NCBI GenBank assembly: GCA_963706385.1
Contig: OY970153.1
Span: forward strand, 943,578 to 1,007,577
Origin: an uncultured Alphaproteobacteria bacterium
GTDB taxonomy: Bacteria; Pseudomonadota; Alphaproteobacteria; Caulobacterales; Caulobacteraceae
Length of the DNA stretch: 64,000 nt
Direction: 5' to 3'
Position 1 is the first letter of the stretch; the number at the start of each line of letters is the position of its first letter. The notes beneath the pieces were generated by a model that had not been told where the DNA came from, made no database searches, and was given only the letters and a program-made list of their open reading frames with translations. Of this stretch, positions 1-11,331 are shown piece by piece. Position numbers and translations under genes: made by a program.

Positions 1-707
1 GTCTGGGCCAGGGTGGCCTCGCGCCGCGGCGGGCGATGCAGGTGGGGAATGCGCTCGTGGGTCCCGAGGCTGGAGGCCAGGATGGCGACCAGGATGACGA
101 GCGCGCCCACCAGGCCGAATTGGGCGTATCCGACCCGGTTCAACAGGCCGAGCGGGTGGCTCGCATCCTTGCGCAGGAACACGCCGTTGAGCAGATAGCT
201 CATCATCGCCGCGCCGAACACGAAGAAGAAGAAACGGATGCTGGACAGCACCGTGCGCTGGTCATAGTCGGGCGCCAGCTCCGGCGCGAGGGCGTTGTTC
301 GGCACGTCGAACAGGCTGACCGATATCCGCACCGCCACCAGCAACGCGAGCACATAGCCGAGCAGCGGCAGACCCGAGAGCGCCCGCGGCGCGTGCCAGA
401 GGGCGTAGAACGAGACCGAGGCGAGGACGGCCGAGGCGTACATGAACGGATGCCGCCGCCCCCAACGCGAATGCAGGTTGTCGGACCATTGGCCCAGCAG
501 CGGGTCGATCACCGCATCGACGATCAGCGAGACCATGATCGTCGCGCCCACCAGGATCGCCGACAACCGCATGACCTGGTTCAGGTAATACTGCAGCACC
601 GCGCCCGACAGAGCCGCATAGGCCACCCCCGAGGCGGTCGCGCCGAGGCCGTAGTAGAGCCTGGTTCCCAGTCGCAGTGGCGGCGTTGCCGCGGTCGAAC
701 TCGCCAT
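1..707 (-). CDS. MFS/GPH-family (MelB-like) transporter, N-terminal part; gene continues past the left window edge
   Basis: Absent from the ORF track because it is open to the window edge. My reverse-strand translation from the ATG (complement of 705-707) reads MASSTAATPPLRLGTRLYYGLGATASGVAYAALSGAVLQYYLNQVMRLSAILVGATIMVSLIVDAVIDPLLGQWSDNLHSRWGRRHPFMY... It shows hydrophobic helices and the D-x3-DP-x2-G-x2-SD...GRRxP loop typical of GPH symporters. The + ORF 36..791 is its antisense shadow. Confidence 0.6.
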   Translation of the reverse strand, partial: MASSTAATPPLRLGTRLYYGLGATASGVAYAALSGAVLQYYLNQVMRLSAILVGATIMVSLIVDAVIDPLLGQWSDNLHSRWGRRHPFMYASAVLASVSFYALWHAPRALSGLPLLGYVLALLVAVRISVSLFDVPNNALAPELAPDYDQRTVLSSIRFFFFVFGAAMMSYLLNGVFLRKDASHPLGLLNRVGYAQFGLVGALVILVAILASSLGTHERIPHLHRPPRREATLAQ

Positions 708-787
708 CAAGCGTCCTCCCGAGCGCGCCAAGCCACGCGCCGTCACTCGCGCCCGCTCTCGCGGCGGGCTCGTGCTCGGAAAATGAC

Positions 788-2224
788 CTAGGCGGCGCTG
801 AACGGATAGGGCGAAACCGACTTGTTGAAGTCGTCGACCATCAAGGTGCGGTTGATCGGCTCGGCGGCGCGCTGCGGACAGTTCGGGCGCTCGCAGATCC
901 GGCAGGCCGGACCGATGCCCACCGCCAGGGGCGAGGTCAGATCCAGGCCGCGTGAATAGACCAGACGCGGAGCGTATTTCAGCTCGCAGCCCAGCCCGAT
1001 CGCCAGTTCGGAGTCCTCGCTGGCATAGGCCGCCGCGGTCCGCCGCACCGTGCGCGCGATGGTGAAATAGCGCGCCGCGTCGGGGGTCTCGACCACCTGG
1101 GTGACGACGCGGCCGGGCGTCTTGAAACAGGTGTGGATGTTCCAGCGCGGACAGGTGCCCCCGAAGCGCGAGAACGGAAAGGCGGAGCTGGCGAAACGCT
1201 TGGAGATGTTGCCGGCCGCGTCCACCCGCAACATGAAGAAGGGCACGCCCCGCGCGCCGGGCCGCGCCAGGGTGGTCAGCCGATGGCAAGCCTGCTCGAA
1301 ACTGACCCCGAACCGGGCGCGCATCAGTTCGATGTCATAGGCCGAACGCTCGGCCACCTCGTGGAAGGCGCCGTAGGGCATCAGCATGGCCGCGGCGAGA
1401 TAGTTGGCCAGCGAGACGCGCAGCAGGGACTGGGTCGGCCGGTCGGGCGCGCGCGCGCGGCCGACGATGCCGGCGAGGGTCTCGGCGTGCTCCAACAGGG
1501 CGAGCTGATAGGCCAGCGCGAACGAGCGGCCCGAGGCGGTCAGCACCTCGGACAGGAACAGACGCTTCCTGTGGTGGTCGTAGCGGCGCAGCGAATCCGG
1601 CAGTACGTCCAGCGGCATCACCCGCACCTCGATGCGGTGGCGCTGGGCCAGCCGCTCGCGCGCGCTCACCGCGAAGTCCTGGGGCTCGGGATGCAGCTCT
1701 CCGGCCAGCGCCTCGCCCGCCTCCTCCAGCTCGGCGAAGTAGTTCTTCTGGCCCTGGATGAAGTCGCGCACCCAGTCGGACGGGGTGACCACTCCGCCCC
1801 CGCCGGCCGAATCCTCCGGCCGCTGCAAGACGCCGAGGTCGACCGAGCGACGGGCGTCGAGATAGGCCTGGTAGAGCCGGACCATCGCCTCGGCGACGCC
1901 GGGTGCGTTCTCGGCCACCTCGGTCAGTTCGTGCCGCGCCACGCCCAGGTCGCGGAACATCTGGTCGGCGAACACTTCGCCCAGACCGGCGCCGCCGCCG
2001 CCTTCGGCGTCCGACGACAGGCCGCGCAGGTCCAGGTCATAGGCCTCGGCCAGGCGCAGCAGCACCTGGGCCGTCACCGGCCGCTGGTTGCGCTCCAGAA
2101 GGTTGAGATAGCTGGGCGAGACGCCGAGATCCTCGGCCATCCGGGTCTGGGTGACGCCCAGGTCGCGGCGCAGCCGTTTGAGCCGCGCGCCCAAGAACAG
2201 CTTCTTCTGGTCGCCGATCGCCAT
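788..2224 (-). CDS. XRE-family HTH regulator with ImmA/IrrE-like metallopeptidase-type C-terminal region (RamB / ScfR / short-chain fatty acyl-CoA regulator family)
   Basis: N-terminus LGARLKRLRRDLGVTQTRMAEDLGVSPSYLNLLERNQRPVT is a classic XRE HTH. The protein is about 478 aa and divergent from isocitrate lyase, the arrangement known for RamB-type regulators. Confidence 0.8.
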   Translation of the reverse strand: MAIGDQKKLFLGARLKRLRRDLGVTQTRMAEDLGVSPSYLNLLERNQRPVTAQVLLRLAEAYDLDLRGLSSDAEGGGGAGLGEVFADQMFRDLGVARHELTEVAENAPGVAEAMVRLYQAYLDARRSVDLGVLQRPEDSAGGGGVVTPSDWVRDFIQGQKNYFAELEEAGEALAGELHPEPQDFAVSARERLAQRHRIEVRVMPLDVLPDSLRRYDHHRKRLFLSEVLTASGRSFALAYQLALLEHAETLAGIVGRARAPDRPTQSLLRVSLANYLAAAMLMPYGAFHEVAERSAYDIELMRARFGVSFEQACHRLTTLARPGARGVPFFMLRVDAAGNISKRFASSAFPFSRFGGTCPRWNIHTCFKTPGRVVTQVVETPDAARYFTIARTVRRTAAAYASEDSELAIGLGCELKYAPRLVYSRGLDLTSPLAVGIGPACRICERPNCPQRAAEPINRTLMVDDFNKSVSPYPFSAA

Positions 2225-2375
2225 GGCTGTATATTGTCACAATTTTACAAAACATATCAAGTCTGATTTCGACAAAACGGCCTTTTCCATGCCGTTCGCG
2301 GGTGCGAAAAGCCCGCACAAGGTTTAATGACACCACGAAATGGCCCTGGTTTTCGATCGATCAAGGAACTCGCAG
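2225..2375. promoter_or_regulatory. Divergent control region between the regulator and aceA; contains an AT-rich stretch
   Basis: tgtatattgtcacaattttacaaaacatatcaagtctgatttcgacaaaa is strikingly AT-rich for this genome. It contains TTGT...ACAA symmetric elements. No promoter could be assigned precisely. Confidence 0.35.
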
Positions 2376-3974
2376 ATGTCCTATTCCGAACAAACCGCCA
2401 AGCTCGGTCAGCTCATTAGGAGCAAGGGCGGCGCGTGGGACGGCATCCACGCTGATTCCGTCGCCCGGATGCGTCTGCAGAACCGGTTCCTGACCGGACT
2501 GGACATCGCTCGCCACACCGCCTCCATCATGCGCAAGGACATGGCGGCCTATGACGCCGATCCCGCCAACTACACCCAGTCTCTGGGCTGCTGGCATGGC
2601 TTCATCGCCCAGCAAAAGCTGATCGCCATCAAGAAGCATTTCGGCACGACCGAGCGCCGGTACATCTATCTGTCCGGCTGGATGGTCGCGGCGCTGCGCT
2701 CCCAGTTCGGCCCCCTGCCCGACCAGTCGATGCACGAGAAGACCTCGGTGCCGGCGCTGATCGAGGAGATCTACACCTTCCTGCGCCAGGCGGACGCCCG
2801 TGAGCTCGGCCTGCTGTTCCGCGACCTCGACGCGGCGCGCGCGGAAGGCGACGCGGTCAAGGAAAGGAAGGTTCAGTCGGCGATCGACCACTTCCAGACC
2901 CACGTCGTGCCAATCATCGCCGACATCGACGCCGGTTTCGGCAACGCCGAAGCGACCTATCTGCTCGCCAAGAAGATGATCCAGGCGGGCGCCTGCGCGT
3001 TGCAGATCGAAAACCAGGTCTCGGACGAAAAGCAGTGCGGTCACCAGGACGGCAAGGTGACCGTCCCGCACGACGTGTTCCTGGCCAAGGTCCGCGCCTG
3101 CCGTTACGCCTTCCTCGAACTGGGCGTCGAAGAGGGGGTCATCGTCACCCGCACGGACTCTCTCGGCGCCGGCCTGACGCAGCAGATCGCAGTCAGCCAT
3201 GAACCGGGCGACATCGGCGACCAGTACAACGGCTTCCTGGACTGCGAAGAGGTTACGGCCGACGCGGCGCACAACGGCGACGTGATCATCAACCGGAACG
3301 GCAAGCTGCTCCGGCCCAAGCGCCTGGCCTCGAACCTCTATCAGTTCCGCCCCGGCACCGGCGAAGACCGCTGCGTGCTTGACTGCGTCACCTCGCTGCA
3401 GAACGGCGCGGACCTGCTGTGGATCGAGACGGAAAAGCCGAACATCGAGCAGATCGCCGGCATGGTGGACCGCATCCGCGCGGTCGTTCCGAACGCCAAG
3501 CTGGCCTACAACAACTCGCCGTCGTTCAACTGGACGCTCAACTTCCGCCAGCAGGTCTACGACGCCTGGAAGGCGGTCGGCCGGGATGTGTCCGCCTACA
3601 GCCGCGACGCGCTGATGAGCATCGACTACGACGCGACCGAGCTGGGGGCCGAGGCCGACGAACGCATCCGCACCTTCCAGGCGGACGCGGCCAAGCGGGC
3701 GGGCATCTTCCACCACCTGATCACGCTGCCGACCTACCACACGGCCGCGCTGTCCACCGACAATCTGGCGAAGGACTACTTTGGTGATCAGGGCATGCTC
3801 GGCTACGTGGCTAAGGTCCAGCGCGAGGAGATCCGCCAAGGCATCGCCACGGTGAAGCACCAGAACATGTCGGGCTCCGACATCGGCGACGACCACAAGG
3901 AGTATTTCGCCGGCGAGGCGGCCTTGAAGGCGGGCGGCGCGAACAACACGATGAACCAGTTCGCCGCAGAATAG
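2376..3974 (+). CDS. aceA: Isocitrate lyase (long, about 530-aa form)
   Basis: MSYSEQTAKLG...RMRLQNRFLTGLDIARHTASIMRKDMAAYDAD...QSLGCWHGF and the catalytic K-x-CGHQDGK-type motif (EKQCGHQDGK). AAGGAA lies 8 nt upstream of the ATG at 2376. The track ORF starts 12 codons earlier, at 2340. Confidence 0.92.
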   Translation: MSYSEQTAKLGQLIRSKGGAWDGIHADSVARMRLQNRFLTGLDIARHTASIMRKDMAAYDADPANYTQSLGCWHGFIAQQKLIAIKKHFGTTERRYIYLSGWMVAALRSQFGPLPDQSMHEKTSVPALIEEIYTFLRQADARELGLLFRDLDAARAEGDAVKERKVQSAIDHFQTHVVPIIADIDAGFGNAEATYLLAKKMIQAGACALQIENQVSDEKQCGHQDGKVTVPHDVFLAKVRACRYAFLELGVEEGVIVTRTDSLGAGLTQQIAVSHEPGDIGDQYNGFLDCEEVTADAAHNGDVIINRNGKLLRPKRLASNLYQFRPGTGEDRCVLDCVTSLQNGADLLWIETEKPNIEQIAGMVDRIRAVVPNAKLAYNNSPSFNWTLNFRQQVYDAWKAVGRDVSAYSRDALMSIDYDATELGAEADERIRTFQADAAKRAGIFHHLITLPTYHTAALSTDNLAKDYFGDQGMLGYVAKVQREEIRQGIATVKHQNMSGSDIGDDHKEYFAGEAALKAGGANNTMNQFAAE

Positions 3975-4043
3975 GGCGTTTGCGACCGCTGGAAGCGCGA
4001 AGGCGAGACGCTGGAGCGGCGGCGACAATCATGGAGGCCCGCG

Positions 4044-5648
4044 ATGGCGGCAGACGATGTCTCGACCCTCTCCGCCGTTCAGCTCACCGGTCCGGCCGTC
4101 GCTCGCTCCGATGATATCCTGACGCCCGACGCCCTGACCTTTCTCGCCGCGCTGCATCGCCGGTTCGACCAGCGTCGGCGCGAACTGCTGGCGGCCCGTC
4201 AGACGCGCCAGGTAGCGTTCGACGCCGGCGAACGGCCCGATTTTCTGCCCCAGACCAAGGCCATCCGCGACGGCGACTGGCGCGTCGCGCCGATCCCCGC
4301 CGATCTGCTCGATCGCCGGGTCGAGATCACCGGCCCGGTCGACCGCAAGATGATCATCAACGCCCTGAACTCGGGCGCGCGGGTGTTCATGGCCGATTTC
4401 GAGGACGCCACCTCCCCGACCTGGGCCAATATCGTCGAGGGCCAGCTCAATCTGAAGGACCGCTGGGCCGGCCGGCTGAGCCATGTCGATCCCGGCTCGG
4501 GCAAGGCCTACCGGCTGAACGACAAGACCGCCGTGCTGATGGTCCGCCCGCGCGGCTGGCACCTGCCCGAAGCCCATGCGCGGGTCGACGGCGAGGTGAT
4601 GTCGGGCGCGCTGTTCGACTTCGGCCTGTATTTCTTCCACAACGCCAAGGCGGCCATCGCCCAGGGCTCGGGACCCTATTTCTACCTGCCGAAGATGGAG
4701 AGCCATCTGGAGGCGCGGCTATGGAACGACGTCTTCGTCCACGCCGAGGACGCGCTCGGGGTGAAGCCGGGGACGATCAAGGCCACCGTGCTGATCGAGA
4801 CCCTGCCCGCCGCGTTCGAGATGGACGAGATCATCTACGAGCTGCGCGAGCACATGGCCGGGCTGAACTGCGGGCGGTGGGACTATATCTTCTCGTTCAT
4901 CAAGCGCCTGCGCCGCCATCCCGAGGCGCTGACCCCCGACCGGGCGGTGATGGGCATGGGCTCGGCGTTCCTGGCCGCCTATTCGCTGAAGCTGATCCAG
5001 ACCTGCCACCGGCGCGGGGCCTTCGCCATGGGCGGCATGGCCGCGCAGATCCCGGTCAAGGGCGATCCCGCCGCCAACGAGGCGGCCTTCGCCAAGGTCC
5101 GCGCCGACAAGGAACGCGAGGCGGTCAACGGCCATGACGGCACCTGGGTCGCCCACCCGGACCTGGTCCCGGTGGCGATGGAGATCTTCGACCGGCTGAT
5201 GCCCGGACCGAACCAGTTGGACAGGCTGCGCGCGGACGTCGAGGTCTCCCGCGAGGACCTGTTGAAAGTGCACGAGGGCGCGCGCACCGAGCACGGCCTG
5301 CGCGAGAACATCCGCGTCGGCGTGCAGTACATCGAAGCTTGGCTACGCGGCCGCGGGGCCGTGCCGCTGTACAACCTGATGGAGGACGCCGCGACCGCCG
5401 AGATCAGCCGTGCCCAGCTCTGGCAATGGATCAAGCTGGCCGCCAGGCTGGACGACGGGCGCACGGTGAGCGCCGAACTGTTCGAGGCCCTGTTGGACCA
5501 GGAAATGACCGCGCTGCGCGGGGCGCTGACGCCGGAGGTCTACGACGCCGGCCGCTTCGCCGAGGCGATCGCCCTGTTCCGCGACATGACCTTGTCGGAG
5601 CGGTTCGAGGAATTCCTCACCCTGCCGGCCTACGCGATCCTGGAGTAG
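4044..5648 (+). CDS. aceB: Malate synthase A
   Basis: 534 aa, the size of the A-type enzyme, and conserved throughout (…FMADFEDATSPTW…, …GLNCGRWDYIFS…, …THDGTWVAHP…). GGAGG lies upstream of the ATG. The gene sits immediately after aceA. Confidence 0.92.
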   Translation: MAADDVSTLSAVQLTGPAVARSDDILTPDALTFLAALHRRFDQRRRELLAARQTRQVAFDAGERPDFLPQTKAIRDGDWRVAPIPADLLDRRVEITGPVDRKMIINALNSGARVFMADFEDATSPTWANIVEGQLNLKDRWAGRLSHVDPGSGKAYRLNDKTAVLMVRPRGWHLPEAHARVDGEVMSGALFDFGLYFFHNAKAAIAQGSGPYFYLPKMESHLEARLWNDVFVHAEDALGVKPGTIKATVLIETLPAAFEMDEIIYELREHMAGLNCGRWDYIFSFIKRLRRHPEALTPDRAVMGMGSAFLAAYSLKLIQTCHRRGAFAMGGMAAQIPVKGDPAANEAAFAKVRADKEREAVNGHDGTWVAHPDLVPVAMEIFDRLMPGPNQLDRLRADVEVSREDLLKVHEGARTEHGLRENIRVGVQYIEAWLRGRGAVPLYNLMEDAATAEISRAQLWQWIKLAARLDDGRTVSAELFEALLDQEMTALRGALTPEVYDAGRFAEAIALFRDMTLSERFEEFLTLPAYAILE

Positions 5649-5799
5649 GCCCCGTCGGCGCGATCAGGGACCGGTTGGAGACGCGGGGGCGGCGGCCGGC
5701 TTGACGCCGCGCCCTTGGTCGGGGCCTATGGCAACCGTTTAAATCAAAGCGCCGGTCGAACCGGCCGCTGCTGCAAAAGCCTTTCGAGGAAACCCCATT

Positions 5800-7878
<2,079 letters not shown>

Positions 7879-7894
7879 ATGAAAGCACTCCTCC

Positions 7895-8006
7895 TAGAGC
7901 ACGATGCGATCAGGCGGAATCGCCTGATCGTTGAATCGTGCTCTAAATTCGAAAGTTTGAGCGCGTTCTGGTCGCAAAACCGGGTCCACTTTTGCGGAAC
8001 GCGCTC
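7895..8006. repeat. Intergenic double stem-loop element (two tandem hairpins, each ending in GCTCTA)
   Basis: Hairpin 1 spans 7895-7945: TAGAGCACGAT..GATCAGGCG gaat CGCCTGATC..ATCGTGCTCTA. Hairpin 2 spans 7959-8006: GAGCGCGTTC (28 nt) GAACGCGCTC. It resembles, from memory, a dispersed alphaproteobacterial intergenic repeat class. Confidence 0.6.
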
Positions 8007-8024
8007 TAGGGGAAGAGCTCGCGC

Positions 8025-8456
8025 TTAGAGCCCGGCCGCCGTCGCACCGTCCTGGTCGGTTGAAGCATCACGGGCCCCTGGCACCAACGGCGACTCGTCG
8101 GCGTTCATCGGCGGATCGAGCGTCTCCAGCAGTTCGAGGTGCTCGCGCCTTCGAACGGCGGCGGCGAAGTTGAGCCGCGTATAGAGCCCTTCGGCGCCGA
8201 ACCTGGCCTGGGCCTCGGCCCAGCGCGCCCGAGCGTGCAGGGCCAGGTTGTCGGTCATGCCGATGCAGACCACGCGAGGACCGTCCTCGGCATCCTTCAC
8301 GTACAGATAGTTGCCGCCCATCGGCGAGAGGGGGCGGCCCTCCTTGAACAGGATGAACCTCAGGTGCCCGCCCGACGCCACCCGACAGTCGATGTGGTCC
8401 CGCACAAGACCCTCCCTCGCGGCGCAAAATCCAATCGATGCGCCAATCGACGCCAC
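8025..8456 (-). CDS. Hypothetical protein with a possible degenerate GIY-YIG-like core
   Basis: GNYLYVKDAEDGPRVVCIGMTDNLALHARARW...RREHLELLETLDPPMN loosely follows GIY(x9-11)YIG...R...E..LI...P..N. The start is uncertain (M1 or M46). Confidence 0.35.
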   Translation of the reverse strand: MASIGASIGFCAAREGLVRDHIDCRVASGGHLRFILFKEGRPLSPMGGNYLYVKDAEDGPRVVCIGMTDNLALHARARWAEAQARFGAEGLYTRLNFAAAVRRREHLELLETLDPPMNADESPLVPGARDASTDQDGATAAGL

Positions 8457-8600
8457 GAACGTGACGCGGTTGCGTCCGAACTGCGGCGAATGACGAGGTC
8501 GGAGCCACGATCACGGCGTCGTGATGCCCTGTCGGCCAAACGAACGCCGGTTTGGCGATCCCCGGCGCGGATGCGACACTGAGCCGATGAGGAGTCCCCG

Positions 8601-10088
8601 ATGAAGATGCCCACGCCCGATCCGGAGGTCTTGCGCCGCAAGGCCGAGATCGTCGCGGCCCTGGCGGCGATCGTGCCGGGCGAAGGGGTGATCGCCGATG
8701 TCGAGCGGCTGGCCGCCTATGAGAGCGACGGCCTCACCGCCTATCGCCAGACGCCGATGGTGGTGGTGCTCCCCGCGAGCGCCGAGGAGGTCTCCAGGGT
8801 GCTGGCCTGGTGCGCGGCCAACCGGGTCAAGGTGGTGCCGCGCGGGTCGGGCACCTCGCTGTCCGGCGGCGCCCTGCCGCTGGAGGACGGAGTGGTGCTG
8901 GGCCTCTCGCGGCTGAATCGGATCCTGGAGATCGACTACGACAATCGCGTCGTGGTGGTTCAGCCGGGCGTGACCAACCTGGCCATCACCCAGGCGGTCG
9001 AGGCGCGGGGCTTCTTCTACGCCCCCGATCCGTCGAGCCAGATCGCCTGTTCGATCGGCGGCAACGTGGCGGAGAACTCCGGCGGGGTGCACTGCCTGAA
9101 ATACGGCCTGACCACCAACAATGTGCTGGGGGTCGAGATGGTGCTGATGGACGGCGAGATCATCCGCGTCGGCGGCAAGCACCTGGACGCCGGCGGCTAC
9201 GACCTCCTGGGCGTGATCGTCGGTTCGGAAGGCCTCTTGGGCGTGGTCACCGAGGTCACCGTGCGCATCCTGCGCGCGCCGCGGACCGCCCGCGCGGTGC
9301 TGGTGGGTTTCGCCGAGGTGGAGGACGCCGGCCGCTGCGTCGCCGAGATCATCTCCGCGGGGATCATCCCGGCGGGCATGGAGATGATGGATCGGCCCGC
9401 GATCCACGCCGCCGAGGCCTTCGTCCACGCCGGCTATCCGCTGGACGTCGAGGCGCTGCTGATCGTCGAGCTGGACGGGGTGGAGGCGGAATGCGGCCAC
9501 TTGCTGGACCAAGTCCTGGCCATCGCCCGGGAATGCGGGGCCAGCATGACCCGCACCGCCGCCGATGAGGCCGAACGCGCCGTCTTCTGGGCCGGGCGCA
9601 AGGCCGCCTTCCCGGCGATGGGGCGTGTCTCACCAGACTATTATTGTATGGACGGCACCATTCCCCGCGCCCAACTGCCCAGGGTGCTGCGCCGGATGCG
9701 CGAGCTGTCCGACACCTATGGCCTCGGCGTCGCCAACGTCTTCCACGCCGGCGACGGCAACCTGCATCCCTTGATCCTCTACGACGCCAACCAGCCCGGC
9801 GAGTTGGAGCGGGCCGAGGCGTTCGGGGCCGACATCCTGCGCCTCTGCGTCGAGGTCGGGGGCGTCTTGACCGGCGAGCACGGGGTGGGGGTCGAAAAGC
9901 GCGATCTGATGCCGGAGATGTTCAACGCGGTCGACCTGGCCCACCAGCAGCGGCTGAAATGCGCCTTCGACCCCGACCTGCTGCTCAATCCCGGCAAGGT
10001 GTTTCCCACCCTGCATCGCTGCGCCGAGCTTGGGCGGATGCATGTGCACCAGGGCGCCCTGCCCTTCCCGGACCTGCCGCGGTTCTGA
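8601..10088 (+). CDS. glcD: Glycolate oxidase subunit GlcD (FAD-linked oxidase)
   Basis: 495 aa with an FAD_binding_4 type N-terminus (VVPRGSGTSLSGGALP). GAGGAG RBS. Followed by glcE and glcF. Confidence 0.9.
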   Translation: MKMPTPDPEVLRRKAEIVAALAAIVPGEGVIADVERLAAYESDGLTAYRQTPMVVVLPASAEEVSRVLAWCAANRVKVVPRGSGTSLSGGALPLEDGVVLGLSRLNRILEIDYDNRVVVVQPGVTNLAITQAVEARGFFYAPDPSSQIACSIGGNVAENSGGVHCLKYGLTTNNVLGVEMVLMDGEIIRVGGKHLDAGGYDLLGVIVGSEGLLGVVTEVTVRILRAPRTARAVLVGFAEVEDAGRCVAEIISAGIIPAGMEMMDRPAIHAAEAFVHAGYPLDVEALLIVELDGVEAECGHLLDQVLAIARECGASMTRTAADEAERAVFWAGRKAAFPAMGRVSPDYYCMDGTIPRAQLPRVLRRMRELSDTYGLGVANVFHAGDGNLHPLILYDANQPGELERAEAFGADILRLCVEVGGVLTGEHGVGVEKRDLMPEMFNAVDLAHQQRLKCAFDPDLLLNPGKVFPTLHRCAELGRMHVHQGALPFPDLPRF

Positions 10089-10090
10089 CG

Positions 10091-11329
10091 ATGGGCGGGG
10101 TGGTCCAGCGGATCGAGCCGCGCGAGGCGCGCGAGGTCGAGGCGGCCCTCGCCTGGGCCAACGCCGAGCGCAAGGCCGTCGCGGTCGAGGGCGCGGGAAG
10201 CAAGGCGCGGATCGGCTGTCCGTTCGAGGCGGACCTGGTGCTGTCGCTGGCCGGCCTGACCGGGGTCCTGAGCTATGAGCCGTCGGAGCTGGTGCTGACC
10301 GCCCTGCCCGGCACAAAGGTCGCGGAGATCGAGGCGCTGCTGGGCGCGCGCGGCCAGCGGCTGGCTTTCGAGCCAATGGACCACGGCCCGCTGTTCGGCG
10401 CCGAGCCGGGCCGAACCACGCTGGGCGGGACCATCGCCGCCAACGCCTCGGGTCCCCGGCGGATCAAGTTCGGCGCCGCGCGCGACCATTTCCTGGGCTT
10501 TGCCGCCGTGTCCGGCCGCGGCGAGGCGTTCAAGGCCGGCGGCAAGGTGGTCAAGAACGTCACTGGCTATGACCTGTCAAAGCTGATGGCCGGCTCCTGG
10601 GGAACCTTGGCGGTGCTGACCGAGGTGACGGTGAAGGTCATGCCGCGGCCGCCCGAGGCGGCGAGCCTGCTGATCGCCGGCGCGCCGGACGGCCTCGCCG
10701 TCCGGGCGATGAGCGCGGCGCTGAGCGCGCCCGCCGAGGTGACGGGCGCGGCCCATCTGCCGGCCAGCGTCGCGGCCCGCGCGCCGGTCGCGCAGGTCGC
10801 CGGCGTCGGCGGCGCCGTCACCGCCATCCGCATCGAGGGCGTCGGCCCGGCGATGACTCCCAGCGCCTGGTCGGTCGGCGGCGCGCTGCCCGGTCTGACG
10901 ATCATCGAACAGCTGGACGCGGAAACAACCGCGCGGCTGTGGCGCTGGATCCGCGACGCCGAGGCGTTCGCGGGCGATGCGCGTCAGGTCTGGCGGCTGT
11001 CGCTGGCCCCGATGGCCGGGCCGGCCGCGGTCGAGGCGATCGGGGCGGTGATCGACATCGAGGCCTTCTACGACTGGGGCGGCGGTTTGGTGTGGCTGGC
11101 CTGCGCCGACGATCCCGGCGCCGGATCGGTGGTGCGCGGCGCGGTCGCGCGGCTTGGCGGGCACGCCACCCTGGTTCGCGCCCACCCGTTGATCCGCGGC
11201 GCGATCGGCGCCTTCCAACCCGAGCCCCGGGCGCTGGCGGCGCTGTCGCGGCGGATCAAGGCTGGCTTCGACCCCAACGGCGTGCTCAATCCCGGCCGGA
11301 TGTGGCCGCTTCGCACCGACGAGGGCTGA
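10091..11329 (+). CDS. glcE: Glycolate oxidase FAD-binding subunit GlcE
   Basis: Starts MGGVVQRIEPREAREVEAALAWA..., 3 nt after the glcD stop. The track ORF 9644..11329 is an upstream extension overlapping glcD. Contains KNVTGYDLSKLMAGSWGTLAVLTEVTVKV. Confidence 0.85.
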   Translation: MGGVVQRIEPREAREVEAALAWANAERKAVAVEGAGSKARIGCPFEADLVLSLAGLTGVLSYEPSELVLTALPGTKVAEIEALLGARGQRLAFEPMDHGPLFGAEPGRTTLGGTIAANASGPRRIKFGAARDHFLGFAAVSGRGEAFKAGGKVVKNVTGYDLSKLMAGSWGTLAVLTEVTVKVMPRPPEAASLLIAGAPDGLAVRAMSAALSAPAEVTGAAHLPASVAARAPVAQVAGVGGAVTAIRIEGVGPAMTPSAWSVGGALPGLTIIEQLDAETTARLWRWIRDAEAFAGDARQVWRLSLAPMAGPAAVEAIGAVIDIEAFYDWGGGLVWLACADDPGAGSVVRGAVARLGGHATLVRAHPLIRGAIGAFQPEPRALAALSRRIKAGFDPNGVLNPGRMWPLRTDEG

Positions 11330-11331
11330 GA

